Of a DNA stretch of 64,000 nt, positions 52,681 to 64,000 are shown piece by piece (within the stretch, counting starts at the first letter, position 1; each line of letters begins with the position of its first letter). The notes under the pieces were generated by a model. That model searched no databases. It saw nothing but the letters and a program-made list of their open reading frames with translations, and was not told the origin of the DNA. The stretch is from Camelus ferus (Eukaryota), in NCBI RefSeq assembly GCF_009834535.1, contig NC_045696.1, positions 1,302,001 to 1,366,000 on the forward strand. Direction: 5' to 3'. Made by a program: the position numbers and the translations under genes.

Positions 52681-54630
52681 GACAGAGCCTCCTCATGGTA
52701 CCTCCCCGCCTTCCACACCCGCCCGCACCTTCCCGAGCGCTCGAGGATGAACACCCAGACCACGAGCTGACCACACGTGCCACCTGCAGCTTCTTCAGCC
52801 ACAGCAAGCCCGGGGACACGCAGGTGATTCTTCCCCGCGACAGGCGCCACGCTGACCGCACCATCACACGGCACGGCCCTCCCCCAGCACCACTCACAGC
52901 AGAGTTCTGTCCCGAGGATCCGACGCCCCTTCCCATGCTCCATCGAGGCAGAAAGTCTTGGTTAACTAAAAGGAAAGCCCTCCCTTCCCCACAGCAAGGG
53001 CTTTCGGTGAGAGAGGCTGGCCTTCAGCAAGCGCGCCTCCGTGCCCCTGCGCCGACCCACCCCGCAGAACCAGGGGAGCGGGGCGGGAGCGGGCGGGGCT
53101 GCTCCTCCAACGGGGATGTCGTCAAGATCCTCGGTTTTATTAGAGAACAAAGCTAGAGAACAGAAAGCTTCACTGTGGAATGATCGAACGCGTCTCACTC
53201 ACTCATGTGCACGTGGGTGAAAACGACCTACCACACACGACACCAAGAACCCGGAGAGGAAACCCCCAGGGTGGGGGTCAGAAGACGCAACTGACCCTGG
53301 TCCGCACGTGGCTGACACGGCACACGCCCCCTATTCCAAAGGACGAGCCAGCAGTCCTGACACACAGGTCTGCACCGCACCACTTCCAAAGCCGCCGAAC
53401 TTGGCACAAGTGGGGTTTTTCCACAGGGTCCCACTGATGGTCAAACCTAAGTTGCACTGTGACCCCAAACCATCACAGCTCTGAAAGCCGATGACTCACT
53501 CCCATGAACCCCACTCTCCCTGAATTAAGCACTCGCAAGCCCACCTCCTAACCTCGCTTCTACCCACAGCCTGACTTGTCACCATTTACTGTGTCGCTTG
53601 CCCGGGCTGTTAATTCAAAAAACTCGTCACATGAGGATCGTTAAATGTTTTGACAGCTTTTTAATGAAAACAAAGTTTTAATACACTAAGAAAGAAAAGC
53701 TAATTCTCTGAAGCACCCGCCAAGAGCGCTGTGTCCTAAGAGGCACATTGTGAGACCAGACACAGACGCCCAGCCCAGGAATGGTGGTTCCTTCTGACGA
53801 TTATTTTGGGGAGATTCCTGCTCAGAAAAGGAATCAAACTCAGAGTGATCGAGGCTAATAAATACGCATTTGATAGAATTAATTTCATTCATACCTAGAG
53901 TAGAACAGACACAAACCGTCAAATCAGTGCTATTCAAGCAGTGGCCCAGGCACAGAAGTCCCCAGAACTGTCCCTCCACCGGGCTGACCTCAAACTGTGC
54001 TCAGGCCTAAGCCACGTGAAGCGTCTGCACGACCTGCACCTTCCCTCCTCCTCCATGCAGGGGTCAGGGGCTGCCCTGCGGCCGCCCAGCACCCTCTCCC
54101 CTCTCTCCCTGGGGACAGCCCCTGGATGAGTCCAATTCCCTGCCCTGTCCCAGCACAGCACACGGAAGACGCGGGCGCCCTGACCTGACACAGACAAGAC
54201 CTCTTGCCTGAGAGCAGGTGTCTGGCAGAATCAACCCCTGGAAAGGGAAGAGGCTGGGAAGGAGGGCTGGGTGTTAGGAGGCGACAGTGTCCGCCCAGAA
54301 ACTAGGGATGGTGGCCATCCCTCGGCCTCACGCAAGTGGTGAGATGCTGCCTCGCCTGCGGGAGTAAGTTCTTTCCTCAAGGACATCACTCAGCCAAGGA
54401 GAGGTACCACCCGGGGAGCCAGAGGACCTGGGCTGTTAGCAACCAGGACAAGGAAAGAAGCTGGACTTGGGCTCACTGCCCATGAGTAAAGGCGCGAATG
54501 CAAAGCAACTTTCAAACTCATTCTCCACCCCGGCGGATACACGTGTTAACAACTCGGTTTCTAAGGGCACAACGTTAGAAGAGGGGCCAACTAATCATTA
54601 CCTACTACTGAATTACCCTTTTCTTACAGG

Positions 54631-54722
54631 TTTTTTTTCTTTAACGGAGGTACCGGGGACAGAACCGAGGACCTCGTGCATGCTGAGCACGCGCTCTGCC
54701 ACTGAGCCCCACCCCTGCCCCC
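54631..54722 (-). mobile_element. Camelid tRNA-Ala-derived SINE (Vic-1-like), GC-shifted copy
   Basis: Minus strand reads GCTCAGTGGCAGAGCGCGTGCTCAGCATGCACGAGGTCCTCGGTTCTGTCCCCGGTACCTCCG plus an A tail. Confidence 0.88.
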
Positions 54723-55749
54723 GCCGAATTGTCTGGTCGGCTGCAACACGCCCTAGACCTGCAGACGTGCGAAGGCCGCCCTGGCCCGCGAAGTTCAGGG
54801 CGGCCAGCAAGCCCGTCCCCAAGGCCTAGGCAAGCGGGGACAGGGCCCTCGTGCTTCCTTGCTGAGCCAGAGCCCAAGGCCCCACCCCCAGGTCCCGTCC
54901 CTACCCACCTCTCTCAGGACCAGAGGGAGGGGACGACGGGACACCGCGCCGAGTGCCGGCTGCGTGTGGATCCCCTGCAGCCGCAGGGGCACCGGGCCCA
55001 CGAGGGGCTTCCCCGACCAGCACGCGCGGAGCGCCGCCTGCAGACCCTCGAGGCCCTCAGGCCTGTTACCTTCCTCCTGCAGTCTTCCAGCAACAGCGAG
55101 ACCCTGGGACAGCGCCACCCCCCACCCTACACACACACACACCCTGAGGGAACCTGCCCGGGCGACGCAGTGAGCAGCCCGCCAGGTCAGAGGCAGGGCT
55201 GGGATTAAGTTCCCAGTTTCCCAAATTCCGGTAAATTCTGCCACTTGCTCCCCACCAAACAGCTTTTAAGCCACGTTCTTTCTAATTTTTAAATCCTCTG
55301 AGCCTCCACAATGAATTAAGTATTTTTTTTCTTTTTGGCTGCTTTTCTGAAACCTCCCAGAGTTATTCAAAACAGTCTCACTGTCGTCACGATGCACTTA
55401 CAGCTGTGCCTTCCCTGTCATGGGTGCTCCACCACTCACGACAATGCACTTCATCACGTGTCACCTAACAGGCGAGCCGAGGACTCCCCACTTTCAACAG
55501 ATTAATTGACTACTCTGCACTCCATGGTTTTCGAGTAATTCTGAATGTTTTGTAAATGTTTCTGTTCTACAAAGAAAAGCACAGAAATCTGGAGATAACA
55601 CAGACATATGGGGCATAAATATATGACTGATTCACCAAGCACAATAGGAGTAGGGGGTGCAGCCTACTCAGGCAGAAAAGACACATTTTCACAGGCAAAC
55701 AGCGTGGAATTGGGTTCTACTACCTACATTGAAAGTAAGAAAGGTTATC

Positions 55750-55870
55750 CATTCAAACGACAAACATGGGTGAGTGCCTACTATCCACCAGGCATGGCTC
55801 TGGGCCCTTAGGACAGAGACAGCACGGGAGCCCTGCCTTCCTGAGGCGCCAGTCTGCCTGGCGGGCTGAC
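55750..55870 (-). mobile_element. L2 3' end
   Basis: CATTCAAACGACAAACAT...TGAGTGCCTACTAT..CCAGGCATGGCTCTGGGC...CCCTGCCTTCCTGAGG. Confidence 0.7.
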
Positions 55871-58800
55871 GAGGGGCGGGGGCCATGCACAGGGGAGACC
55901 ACGGCGCACACGGCAGGGCCGCAGGGGTGCAGAAGGGAGGGTGTGTGTGGAGGAGTGAAGCCCACCAGACAGCTGGAGGGGTGAGTGAGGGGTCGGCAGG
56001 CGGGAGGCCTCTGGGATGCGGCAGTTACAGGGCTGAGAGCAGGAAGGTGCCTGGTCCGTCCTCCATTTAAGGCTTGGCTCTGGCAGCCTGTCAAGAACAG
56101 ACAGGAGGGGATGGAGGGGAGGGGAGGGGGCTACTCAGGTGAGCCAGGGAAGAGGGGACGATGACGGTTCTGCATAATGGGGACCGCCAAAACTTGTTAT
56201 CAGGAGTAAACTAGATTAAACTGGTTCCTCCATGCCTGACACACAGCAAAAGCTCAGTAAGTATTAGCTAAATGGTACCCAGCTTCCCAAGAAGCGACTG
56301 ACCCTGTCAGTTCCCAATCTGAAAACCAGGGGTGCTGTCACCCCTACGTGAGACCAGTGAGCAGTAACTGATGGGAGCGCCAGCTCCACCTAAAGGGAGT
56401 TTCAACACAGGAGTGCCTAGGTTCCTGAAACAACACGTTCTGTGGCTTGCGGATCCCACGTAAGCACATAAGAGTAAATGCCCTGCACGTCACACACCCG
56501 GGCACAAGTGACCTGTAGATTTAAGCCGAATCCAACAGCCAGTTGCCGTCCACAATGGAACAAGGTCCCCTCAGACCCTCGGGCTCAGGCCGTGACGATC
56601 CACAGCTATAAGGGCCCTTCTCAACCCCATCCGTCCCCAAAGCCTGCTGACTCCGCCGACACCCCTGAGCTCTCTCCGCTCTCTCAGCCCCCGCCTGGTC
56701 CCGGCCCCCCGGCCCTGCTGCAGCCCTGGCCCATGACCTGGCCCGGAGAGCCGCACAGCTGGCACCCTGCCCCACACACCGCCCCGACCAGGGCTGCTGC
56801 CCCGGCTACTGCAGCGAGCAGGGCTCCGGCAGGCTGTCCCTCCCCCTGGAACGTGACTGTCCCTCTCCTGACACGAAGGGTGCACTCTCTGCTTTGGGCC
56901 TCAGCATAGCATCCGGTCCGGAGAGCCTTCCTGAACACCACACCTCACCCAGGAGCCACCTCGATGCCCCAGCCTCGCCTGTGCCTCCGTCTGCCTCCTG
57001 CCTGGCTTCGTCTGCCCCCTGGAGGTCGGCTCAGAGAGGCCTCCTCGTCTTCCTCCTCATCCTCCTCGTCCTCTGTGCGTCCTTCTGCGAGGGCGCACAC
57101 AGAGAAGGCCTGGGTAAAACCCGTCCACTGAGGGCAGGAGGGACAGGAACAGGGCCCAGAGCCACGGAAACCAGCCATCCCGCTGCACACACGACAGACG
57201 GAGCGCAAGGGGTCGGCTGGCCTCCCTACGTTTCATCCTATTGATTGAACCACTGAGAAGATGGGTATTTCGAAACTTCCAAACCAAAGAAAAATCAAAT
57301 AACCACAAACAGTACCAGCTGACATGCGTGGAAGCTATTTCACCACTTGAACAGCCACCTTCAGCAAATGCTGCTGCCCCAGCGGCGCCCCAGCTTCTGG
57401 AGGCCCAAAGCATGGCCACCTGCCCCACCAGCCGGAGGTGGGGGCAGCCGCCCGGACGCGGCGCTGGAGCCCAGGTCAGGGGCCCAGTCTGGTTAGCCCT
57501 CTGAATGGCACTAAATTTGGTGAATAAAGGTGCCAACCTCTAGTTAAGTTAATGATACCTTTAGAGACATGAATTTTTTTAAGTTAAAAAACCCACCATT
57601 TCCACATGTATCTTTCTGTGAGGACGCCCCAAAGCGCGTTTAGCACCACAAGCTAATAAGAAAGTAGATCCGAAGTCTGCTGCACAGTTCCCAAGGTTCC
57701 CACATTGAGCACAGAATGTTTTATTTTACGCCCTCCTTTCAAAGGGGCAGCAAGCTGCTTAGGGATGTCTGAAGTGCACCGCAGCTCCCGTGGGCAGGAG
57801 TCCCGCCTCGCTCCCGGGGCTGAGCTGGCCCTGCGCCTCCGGCCGTCCCCTCCCACACCTCAGAGACGGTGCTCCGGCAACTACCCGCCTCCCGATGCGT
57901 CAGACATCCGTCCTCCTCTACGGGATCCTCCCTGACGGCCCCAAACACACTATAATCGCTCTCACTTACAAATAAAAACCCTGCAAGCCTGCAGCTGTCC
58001 AGCTGCTGTCTGGCTGCCCAGTCCCCTCCAGAGGGCCCCCCGTACCTGACGCTCGGCACCTCCTCTCTCTCACCCAGGCCTCCCCACCACCAGACCCCTC
58101 CTCCTGTGGGCCCCTCGCCAAAAGCCCCCAGGCTCAATCCTCACCCTTCAGCCTTTCCGTGTCTGCTCACCGCCACCCCTATGGTTTCAGACATCAGCAA
58201 TGTGCAAATGATGCCAAATGGACATGATTGGCCCCAACCTCTTCTTGAACCCAACCTTGAACTTCCACGCAGATCATAACACCTCCACTGGGATGACTAA
58301 TCACAAAATAACACGGAAGAAACCCTCTGCAGTCCTGCTGGTGGCGTCCAACTGCAGGCACTGCACGTCAGCTCAGCTCCCCCACCCACCAGCCCAGCAG
58401 ACGGGGCGCGGCTCCTCTCCCTCGTCATGGAGGAGGACCCCGGGGTGCGAAGAGTAAGCGGCGAGCTCAAGACCACACGCCTGGTAGCCGCGGAACGGAG
58501 GTCCGACCCGCGGGTCAGCCTGCAGCACAGGGCCGCCTCCAGCCCCGGACCCCGGACCTCTGGCCAGACAGCTGCTCTGCCGGACGGCCCGCGTCACAGC
58601 AGCGCCCGTCGATGGCTCCGGCCGGCAGCCCTGGGGTCGTCGGGGCTGCTCCACCGCAGAGCCTACCGGCAATCCCGACAGGTCCGCCTGCGGAACACGC
58701 CAAGTTCCTCAGTTCTAAGGCCCGCGCTTTCCTGCACCTTCACGACTGTGAAATCAGGCCGGAGGTGAGAGGGGTCGCTCAGCCTCAGCTGAGCCTCTTG

Positions 58801-59364
58801 GCGGCATGACTGACGGGGCAACTAACCCATCGTCAGGCCGTTAGCAAATCATCTTAGGGCCGGAAGCCCCTCCGCGACACCTGCCGGTGAGACCAAGAGA
58901 GCGTCCAAGCTCGCAGACTGCAGCCGCGGCGTGGACGCGCCCCAGAGACGGCAGCCAGGAAGGCCACGCAGTGACGTCGGTGACAGCACAGTGGACTCTG
59001 CCGTGGCGCCGACTTGGAGGGACCAAACTCTAAAGGGGAAGAAATGTTATCCTTACTTTATTTCACTTACCTTTTCTTTTGTCATGAAGGCACAAGAGCG
59101 GCATGGTCTGAAAAGCCCATGCGGGAAGTCTAAGGGCTCTTCCACCGAGTGCGAGTGACCCCCAACTGACGGGGCCGTCTGTGTCACAGTCAAAGTGGCA
59201 ACATTTCCCTGGTAACAGCACCAGAAAATAACACTGCAACTTACTTACAGAGGACATTTCACACGTGCTGGAGGACAGCACGCCAGATCTGCTCCCACCA
59301 CCTCTGCCTGGGCAGGCCCGCTGCCCCCTCCTGCCCGCGGCCCGGGCTCTCAGGGAAGTCCTCC

Positions 59365-59527
59365 CTTTGCCACTTACCCGTGGCCTCTCTGAACCCAGCT
59401 TTACCCACCTGTAACATGGAAGACCTATAATAATGCCTGCCTATAGACTGCCTAAGAATTTAATGAATAAATGTAAAGCACTTAAATGGCTTGGCACATC
59501 ACAAGCTTCCAAAAAAGATTAGCTGCA
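59365..59527 (+). mobile_element. MIR
   Basis: CCTCTCTGAACCCAGCTTTACCCACCTGTAACATGG...ATAATAATGCCTGCCT...ATGTAAAGCACTTA...TGGCACAT. Confidence 0.8.
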
Positions 59528-59529
59528 GA

Positions 59530-60000
59530 ACAGCCAGCGTGATTCCTTTCAAAGGTAAATCAGATCCTGCCCTTCTGTTGTTCAAAACTCTCTACTAGGA
59601 AGGTAGGCGGGCAGGCGGCACCCTGCGAGGCTGAGATCACCACCTCAATTCCACACCCCCATGAGCTGCAGCCCTCCCTTCCTCTCAGCCCCCTGGGCTC
59701 CCGTACCAGCACCGCATCAGCACCACACAGGAAGCTCAGACCCCTGTGGCCCAAGGCCAGGACTTCAGAGCTCCCTCTGCCTGCCAAAGCCACCAGCCTC
59801 CAGCCTCTGAGAGCCCCCTCGACCCCTCTGCTAGTTTTACATGCTCCTCCCTGCACTTAGGACTTCAGCTGGGGTTCACCATCCTCATCTCCCCCATGGG
59901 GGCAGGAACCACCCTTGCCGTTCACTCCTCTGTCTCCAGGGCCTAGAACCGTACTGACATCTGGTCTAAGTCCGGGGAGGGGGGTGACCACGTGAGTGAA
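59530..60000 (+). mobile_element. L2 fragment
   Basis: CAGCCAGCGTGATTCCTTTCAAAGGTAAATCAGATC...TTCAAAACTCTC...GTTCACTCCTCTGTCTCCAGGGCCTAGAAC. Confidence 0.7.
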
Positions 60001-62499
60001 AGAAACCCGCCCTAGACGCTCGCAGAGTTTCACCGCGCTTCCCATGGAAATACCAGGCCCCTCCGAGCTGCTTCCATCCCCTCCCAGCCTTGTCTTCTGT
60101 TTAAATCCACCACGAAGAGAAAGCCGTTCTCTGGTACACCCTAGACACCTGGCACACAGCAGTGTCACCCAGACCACAATAGAACGTGACGAGCTGGTAC
60201 TGAGGGCCTGGGCCCCGCGGCCGTCAGGCTGCGCCGCAAGGCCAGGTGAGCACCGCTGCCGGCTGCTAGCTTCCTGTGCACGTTCCGAACAACACATGAC
60301 GTCAGGAAGAGAAGGAACGAGGAAACCTCAACGACCTCAACATACAATTTTTGAATGAGGTTCTCACTGTCTTTCCTACGTCACATGTTATAAAAATATG
60401 TCTAAGTTTTTTTTAATAGTAGTATTTCTATCACACCAATTGTAGATTTGGAAATCCATGTTTTAGAACACTGACAAAAAAAATCAAGTTTTCCAATAAA
60501 ACTGGACCTAAGTTTTTCAGTTTCATACTAAGATTGACAATTTTTCTTAAACAACTTTTTTATAGGCTGGTAAATGTATAACTTCACCTATTAATCTCCA
60601 AAGTATACTTTCTATCTCCTACCTATTTAAATAATTTCCTCGGTCATAAATACATCGCACATCACAGTATTCAAGGGAATAAAACCCAGCTCTTAAATAA
60701 ACCTTACAGCCAAGGAATTTTGATGATTTAAAGAAATGATTAGTAGGTTTTGCTTGAACCCATGCACAAAAAAATTCACTGCAGCACTGTTTCTCACATT
60801 CGATATTAAAAACTATATTAAAACACATCTGTAACCACATGTATATTTCAACCACTGCTGAGGCAGCACACAGTCACCCGGTCAGAGCAGTTAGGGGCCC
60901 GAGTGGCTAGGGATGGAGTGGAATGAGGCTGTGTGTCTGTCTGCACCCCTTGAATGTGCAGTGTGAGAGCTTATACTTTCAAAGCTGTAAATAAAAACTT
61001 CAATGGTATACATTTTAAACTTTCATAACTAAAATTATGAATTTTATTTTTAAAAAGGTAATGCTATAACAGTGTTTAATAAAGTCAACCGCCAGCTTTT
61101 GCACTGCTTTGAACTCTGCGTATTTTGCTCGGCACTGTGTGTGGGGAGCCTAAAACAGGGAGGGCCCCGCGTAGCCCAACATGGTAAGTACTTGCCAAAT
61201 GAATTCATTTACTTTATTCATTCATCAGACAAATTTAAGTTTAAGGAATTTTCTTATCCCCGTCTAAAAGCAGTTGAAATGCCTTTACAACATGTAAATT
61301 CACAAAGTCCTGAATTAGCCTCTGAGCCGAGAAGTTTTTTGTGGGAGACGTTATTAGCTCACGGTCCTCTCTTCACCTCCCGGCGCTGACCATGAGCACA
61401 GTGCATCTCGGATGCATGTGTCATCAATTTCTCAGAGCTGGACCAATTTTCTCTTCACCACTGCCCCCTGCAGAAAGGCCTTTTTTTCCCTTCCAACTAT
61501 AGCCTCAAATTTTGTTGGAGATGTAGCTGAATAAATTCAGTCTCAGGAACCTTCAGACATCAAACAGGCACGACTCACAGACAGCGGCTGCCCTGCAAAG
61601 CCAGTGTGAGTCCCCACCTCCACCTGGGCAGGGCAGGAGCGACACCCAACTCACTGAGTCTCATCCAGTATTCATGAGCGCTGCTGTGGGTGTCCCTGCG
61701 GAGGGGACCCTGTCCCTGGAGGGACCTTGCAGCTGATTCTCACATCAAGGAGGAGGGGTACCAGCCAATCTTTGCCTTCTTCTTCTTCTTCCTTTCCCTT
61801 CAGGGAAACCCTCAGCAGGCAGAAGGTAAAGGAATCTCAGCCTCAAAAAAAGACGGTAATCAAAAGACACTGCACGGGGAACTGCCCAGAGCACAACCCG
61901 GTGTTTGGGGAAATGCAGCTTGTAGGCGGCACCTTTTAAAGGAATACAACACATGGTAAATTTAAGAGGGAACAAAGAGAAGTAGATAAATATTTCTGTT
62001 CTCGAAACTTAACTGGTCGATCATCTTAATTACGACACTAAGAATAAAGAAGCAAGTCTGACATCAAGCCACTTTTCCTTGTACTTCCAGAACTGAACGC
62101 TAACCATTACAGCTCGCGCAAGGAAACAAAACGCCCTCATCAGAAGCAACGACCCAGACACGCCGGCTGAAAATACTAACGGGAGCCACACACAGCGCTG
62201 CGGGTCTCCACGTACAAATCGGGACTAGGACACGTTTTAGGTTCTCCAGTACGTTAACGAGACTCCGACACGTCTCAGCGTCCACAGCCCACGTTGACCC
62301 CTTCCTTCAGACCCATTCGCGTCCCGGTAATTTTCCTACTGCAGATCTGAACATGTCAGAATTCACCTCGAGCCCCTAGTCGCCCCAGATCGTTCCGATT
62401 GCTCAAGATGCCCGGAATCCGCGGGAACTTCCCCGCCCCGGGACGCCCGCGGCGCAGAGCAACCCACGCGGACACTGCGCCCTCGGGAGGACACGCGGG

Positions 62500-63205
62500 G
62501 CCGTCCCCGGCGCAGCCTCACTGTGGGGGTGCAGCCTCCATTCCCCGGGGGCGCAGCCTCACCCGGAGGGTGCACTGTGCCCTCCACACAGCGCAGAGCA
62601 TCTTGCGCGGACCCGGTGCCCTCCCGAAGGGGACGCGGGGCCGTCCCAGGTGCAGCCCTGTCCCGGGCGCAGCCCTCCCTCCTAGGGCGCACCGCAGCCG
62701 GAGCAGAAGCGGCACTCCCGGGGAGGGGACGGGGCTGTCCCCGGTGCAGGCTCCCCTCCTGAGGGCCCAGGCTCTACTCTCCAGGGCGCAGCCTCATCCC
62801 TGGGGAGAGTGTCCCTCCCCGGGGGCGCAGCCTCTCCTTCATCCTCGGGCTCAGCGTACCCGCCCCGGGGCGCATCCACATCCCTAGGACGCAGCCTCCC
62901 CTCCGTCCAGGTTCATCCCGGGAGTGCAGCCTCCCATTTATCCTTGGGCTCGGTGTACCCGCCTAGGGGCGCAGCTTCATCCCGGGGACGCAGCCTCCCC
63001 TCCGTCCTGGGGGCGCGGGCTCCACTCCCCAGGACGCAGCCTCATCCCTGGGGGCAGTGTCCCTCCCCGGGGGCGCAGCCTCCCCTTCACCCGCGGGCTC
63101 GGTGTACCCGCCCCGGGGCGCAGCTTCATCCCGGGGACGCAGCCTCCCCTCCGTCCCGGGGGCGCAGGCTCTCCTGCATCCCGGGGCGCAGCCTCCCTCT
63201 TCCGC
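62500..63205 (+). repeat. Degenerate GC-rich minisatellite (core GGCGCAGCCTC) with higher-order duplication
   Basis: About 15 or more GCGCAGCCT-like cores; block 62788-62908 is repeated at about 63036-63156. Confidence 0.85.
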
Positions 63206-63522
63206 GGCGCAGAGCATCCCGCGCAGATGCGGCGCCGGGGGCAGGAGACGTGGGGCCGCTCTGGGCGCAGTTCCCCTCCCTGGGCGGCCCGCGGCCGCTC
63301 CGGACAGCGTCTCCGGACAGCGCCCCGGGCCGCTCGGGTCCCGCTCCAGCCGCACGCCCGGCGCGGCCTCACCACCTGCCCCGCGGCGCTTACATAAACG
63401 CAGCCGCGGCGCTGCCCCGCGCTGCCCGGCGGCGTGGCCCGGCAGCGTGGTCCGGCCGTGCTGTCCGGCCGCGGTGTCCGAGCCCCGCCGCCCCCGCAGC
63501 GCCGCCGCCCCGCCGGCCTCAC

Positions 63523-63770
63523 CTCAGCCGCGGGCCGCTCCGCTCCGCGCGGCTCAAGGGCTCCGATCGCAAGTCCGCGGGGCTCCGATCGGCCGCCGGG
63601 GGCTGCGGCGCGCTGGCCGTGGCCTGGCGCGGCCCCGAGCGCGCCCCCGAGCGCGGCCCCGAGAGCGGCCCGACCGGCCGCCGCCTCAGCCGCCGCCTCA
63701 GCCTCCGCCCTCCGCCCTCGGCGTTGGCTCCGCCCTCCCCGGGGCCCCCGCGGCCGGCCGCGCGCACGCG
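63523..63770 (-). other. SVIL: Non-coding first exon (5' boundary/TSS approximate)
   Basis: Lies in the CpG island and reads ...GGAGGCTGAGGCGGCGGCTGAGGCGGCGG...GCCCGCGGCTGAG on the minus strand, followed by donor GTGAGG. Contains no ATG. Confidence 0.65.
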
Positions 63771-64000
63771 GAGGGGGGGGCGGCGACGCCACGACGCCGC
63801 ACGTGCGCGCGCACGCAGGCCGCGCCGAGTTTTACCCGCGGTCGGCGGGGCCCGGGAGCGCGAGAGGGGGCGAGGGGACGGAGGGATCCGGGAGAGAGGG
63901 CCCAGGGCGGCGGGAGGGGCGCGGCCCCGCGAGGCCCCTCCCGCGGCCGGCGGCGCGGGGTCCCCGGCGAGGCGGGCGGGGTCCGCAGCGTCCGCGCGCT

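Larger units (their letters stand above)
1..63770 (-). other. SVIL: 5' portion of a large protein-coding gene (non-coding exons 1-2, intron 1, part of intron 2); tentatively supervillin
   Basis: CpG-island promoter at the right end, donor at 63523/63522 and a well-formed internal exon at 13270-13370. The + strand appears A/C-skewed by eye, as expected for minus-strand transcription. The symbol rests only on recalled similarity to the SVIL 5'UTR architecture (about 50-kb intron 1, about 100-nt exon 2); no coding exon is in the window to confirm it. Confidence 0.45.
62380..64000 (-). promoter_or_regulatory. CpG island promoter
   Basis: Extremely high GC and CpG density, several GC boxes (GGGCGG/CCGCCC), E-box CACGTG at 63800-63805 and NRF1-like GCGCGCACGC motifs at about 63760-63816. 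Confidence 0.9.

Noticed and set aside
13270..63770. Alternative gene identities with long non-coding first introns (ADARB1, CTBP2, LDLRAD4, WASF3, SH3BP4)
   Set aside because: Their second exons as I recall them do not match 13270-13370. This is from memory only; a BLASTN of the joined exons against RefSeq RNA would decide the identity.

Overview
This is mammalian genomic DNA, most likely from a camelid (it carries tRNA-Ala-derived Vic-1-type SINEs and a young L1). It is very GC- and CpG-rich for intronic sequence. The window looks like the 5' end of a large minus-strand gene: a CpG-island promoter and non-coding exon 1 at the right end (donor GAG|GTGAGG at 63523/63522), a 50,152-nt first intron, a 101-nt exon 2 (13270-13370) and the start of intron 2. 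My best guess for the gene is SVIL (supervillin), from recollection of its 5'UTR and exon spacing; this is not verified. No host coding exon is recognisable, and the only clear protein homology is the C-terminus of L1 ORF2 at about 35.0-35.8 kb. The rest is old L1/L2/MIR/MLT1/hAT repeats, simple repeats and a second intragenic CpG island at about 39.3-40.0 kb. The most notable observations are a spliced uORF/microprotein candidate across exons 1-2, a recent sense-oriented L1 with perfect TSDs, the orphan CpG island, a hierarchical minisatellite beside the promoter, and signs of GC-biased sequence evolution. I cannot support a wholly new biological system here. Repeat boundaries were estimated by eye unless TSDs define them.
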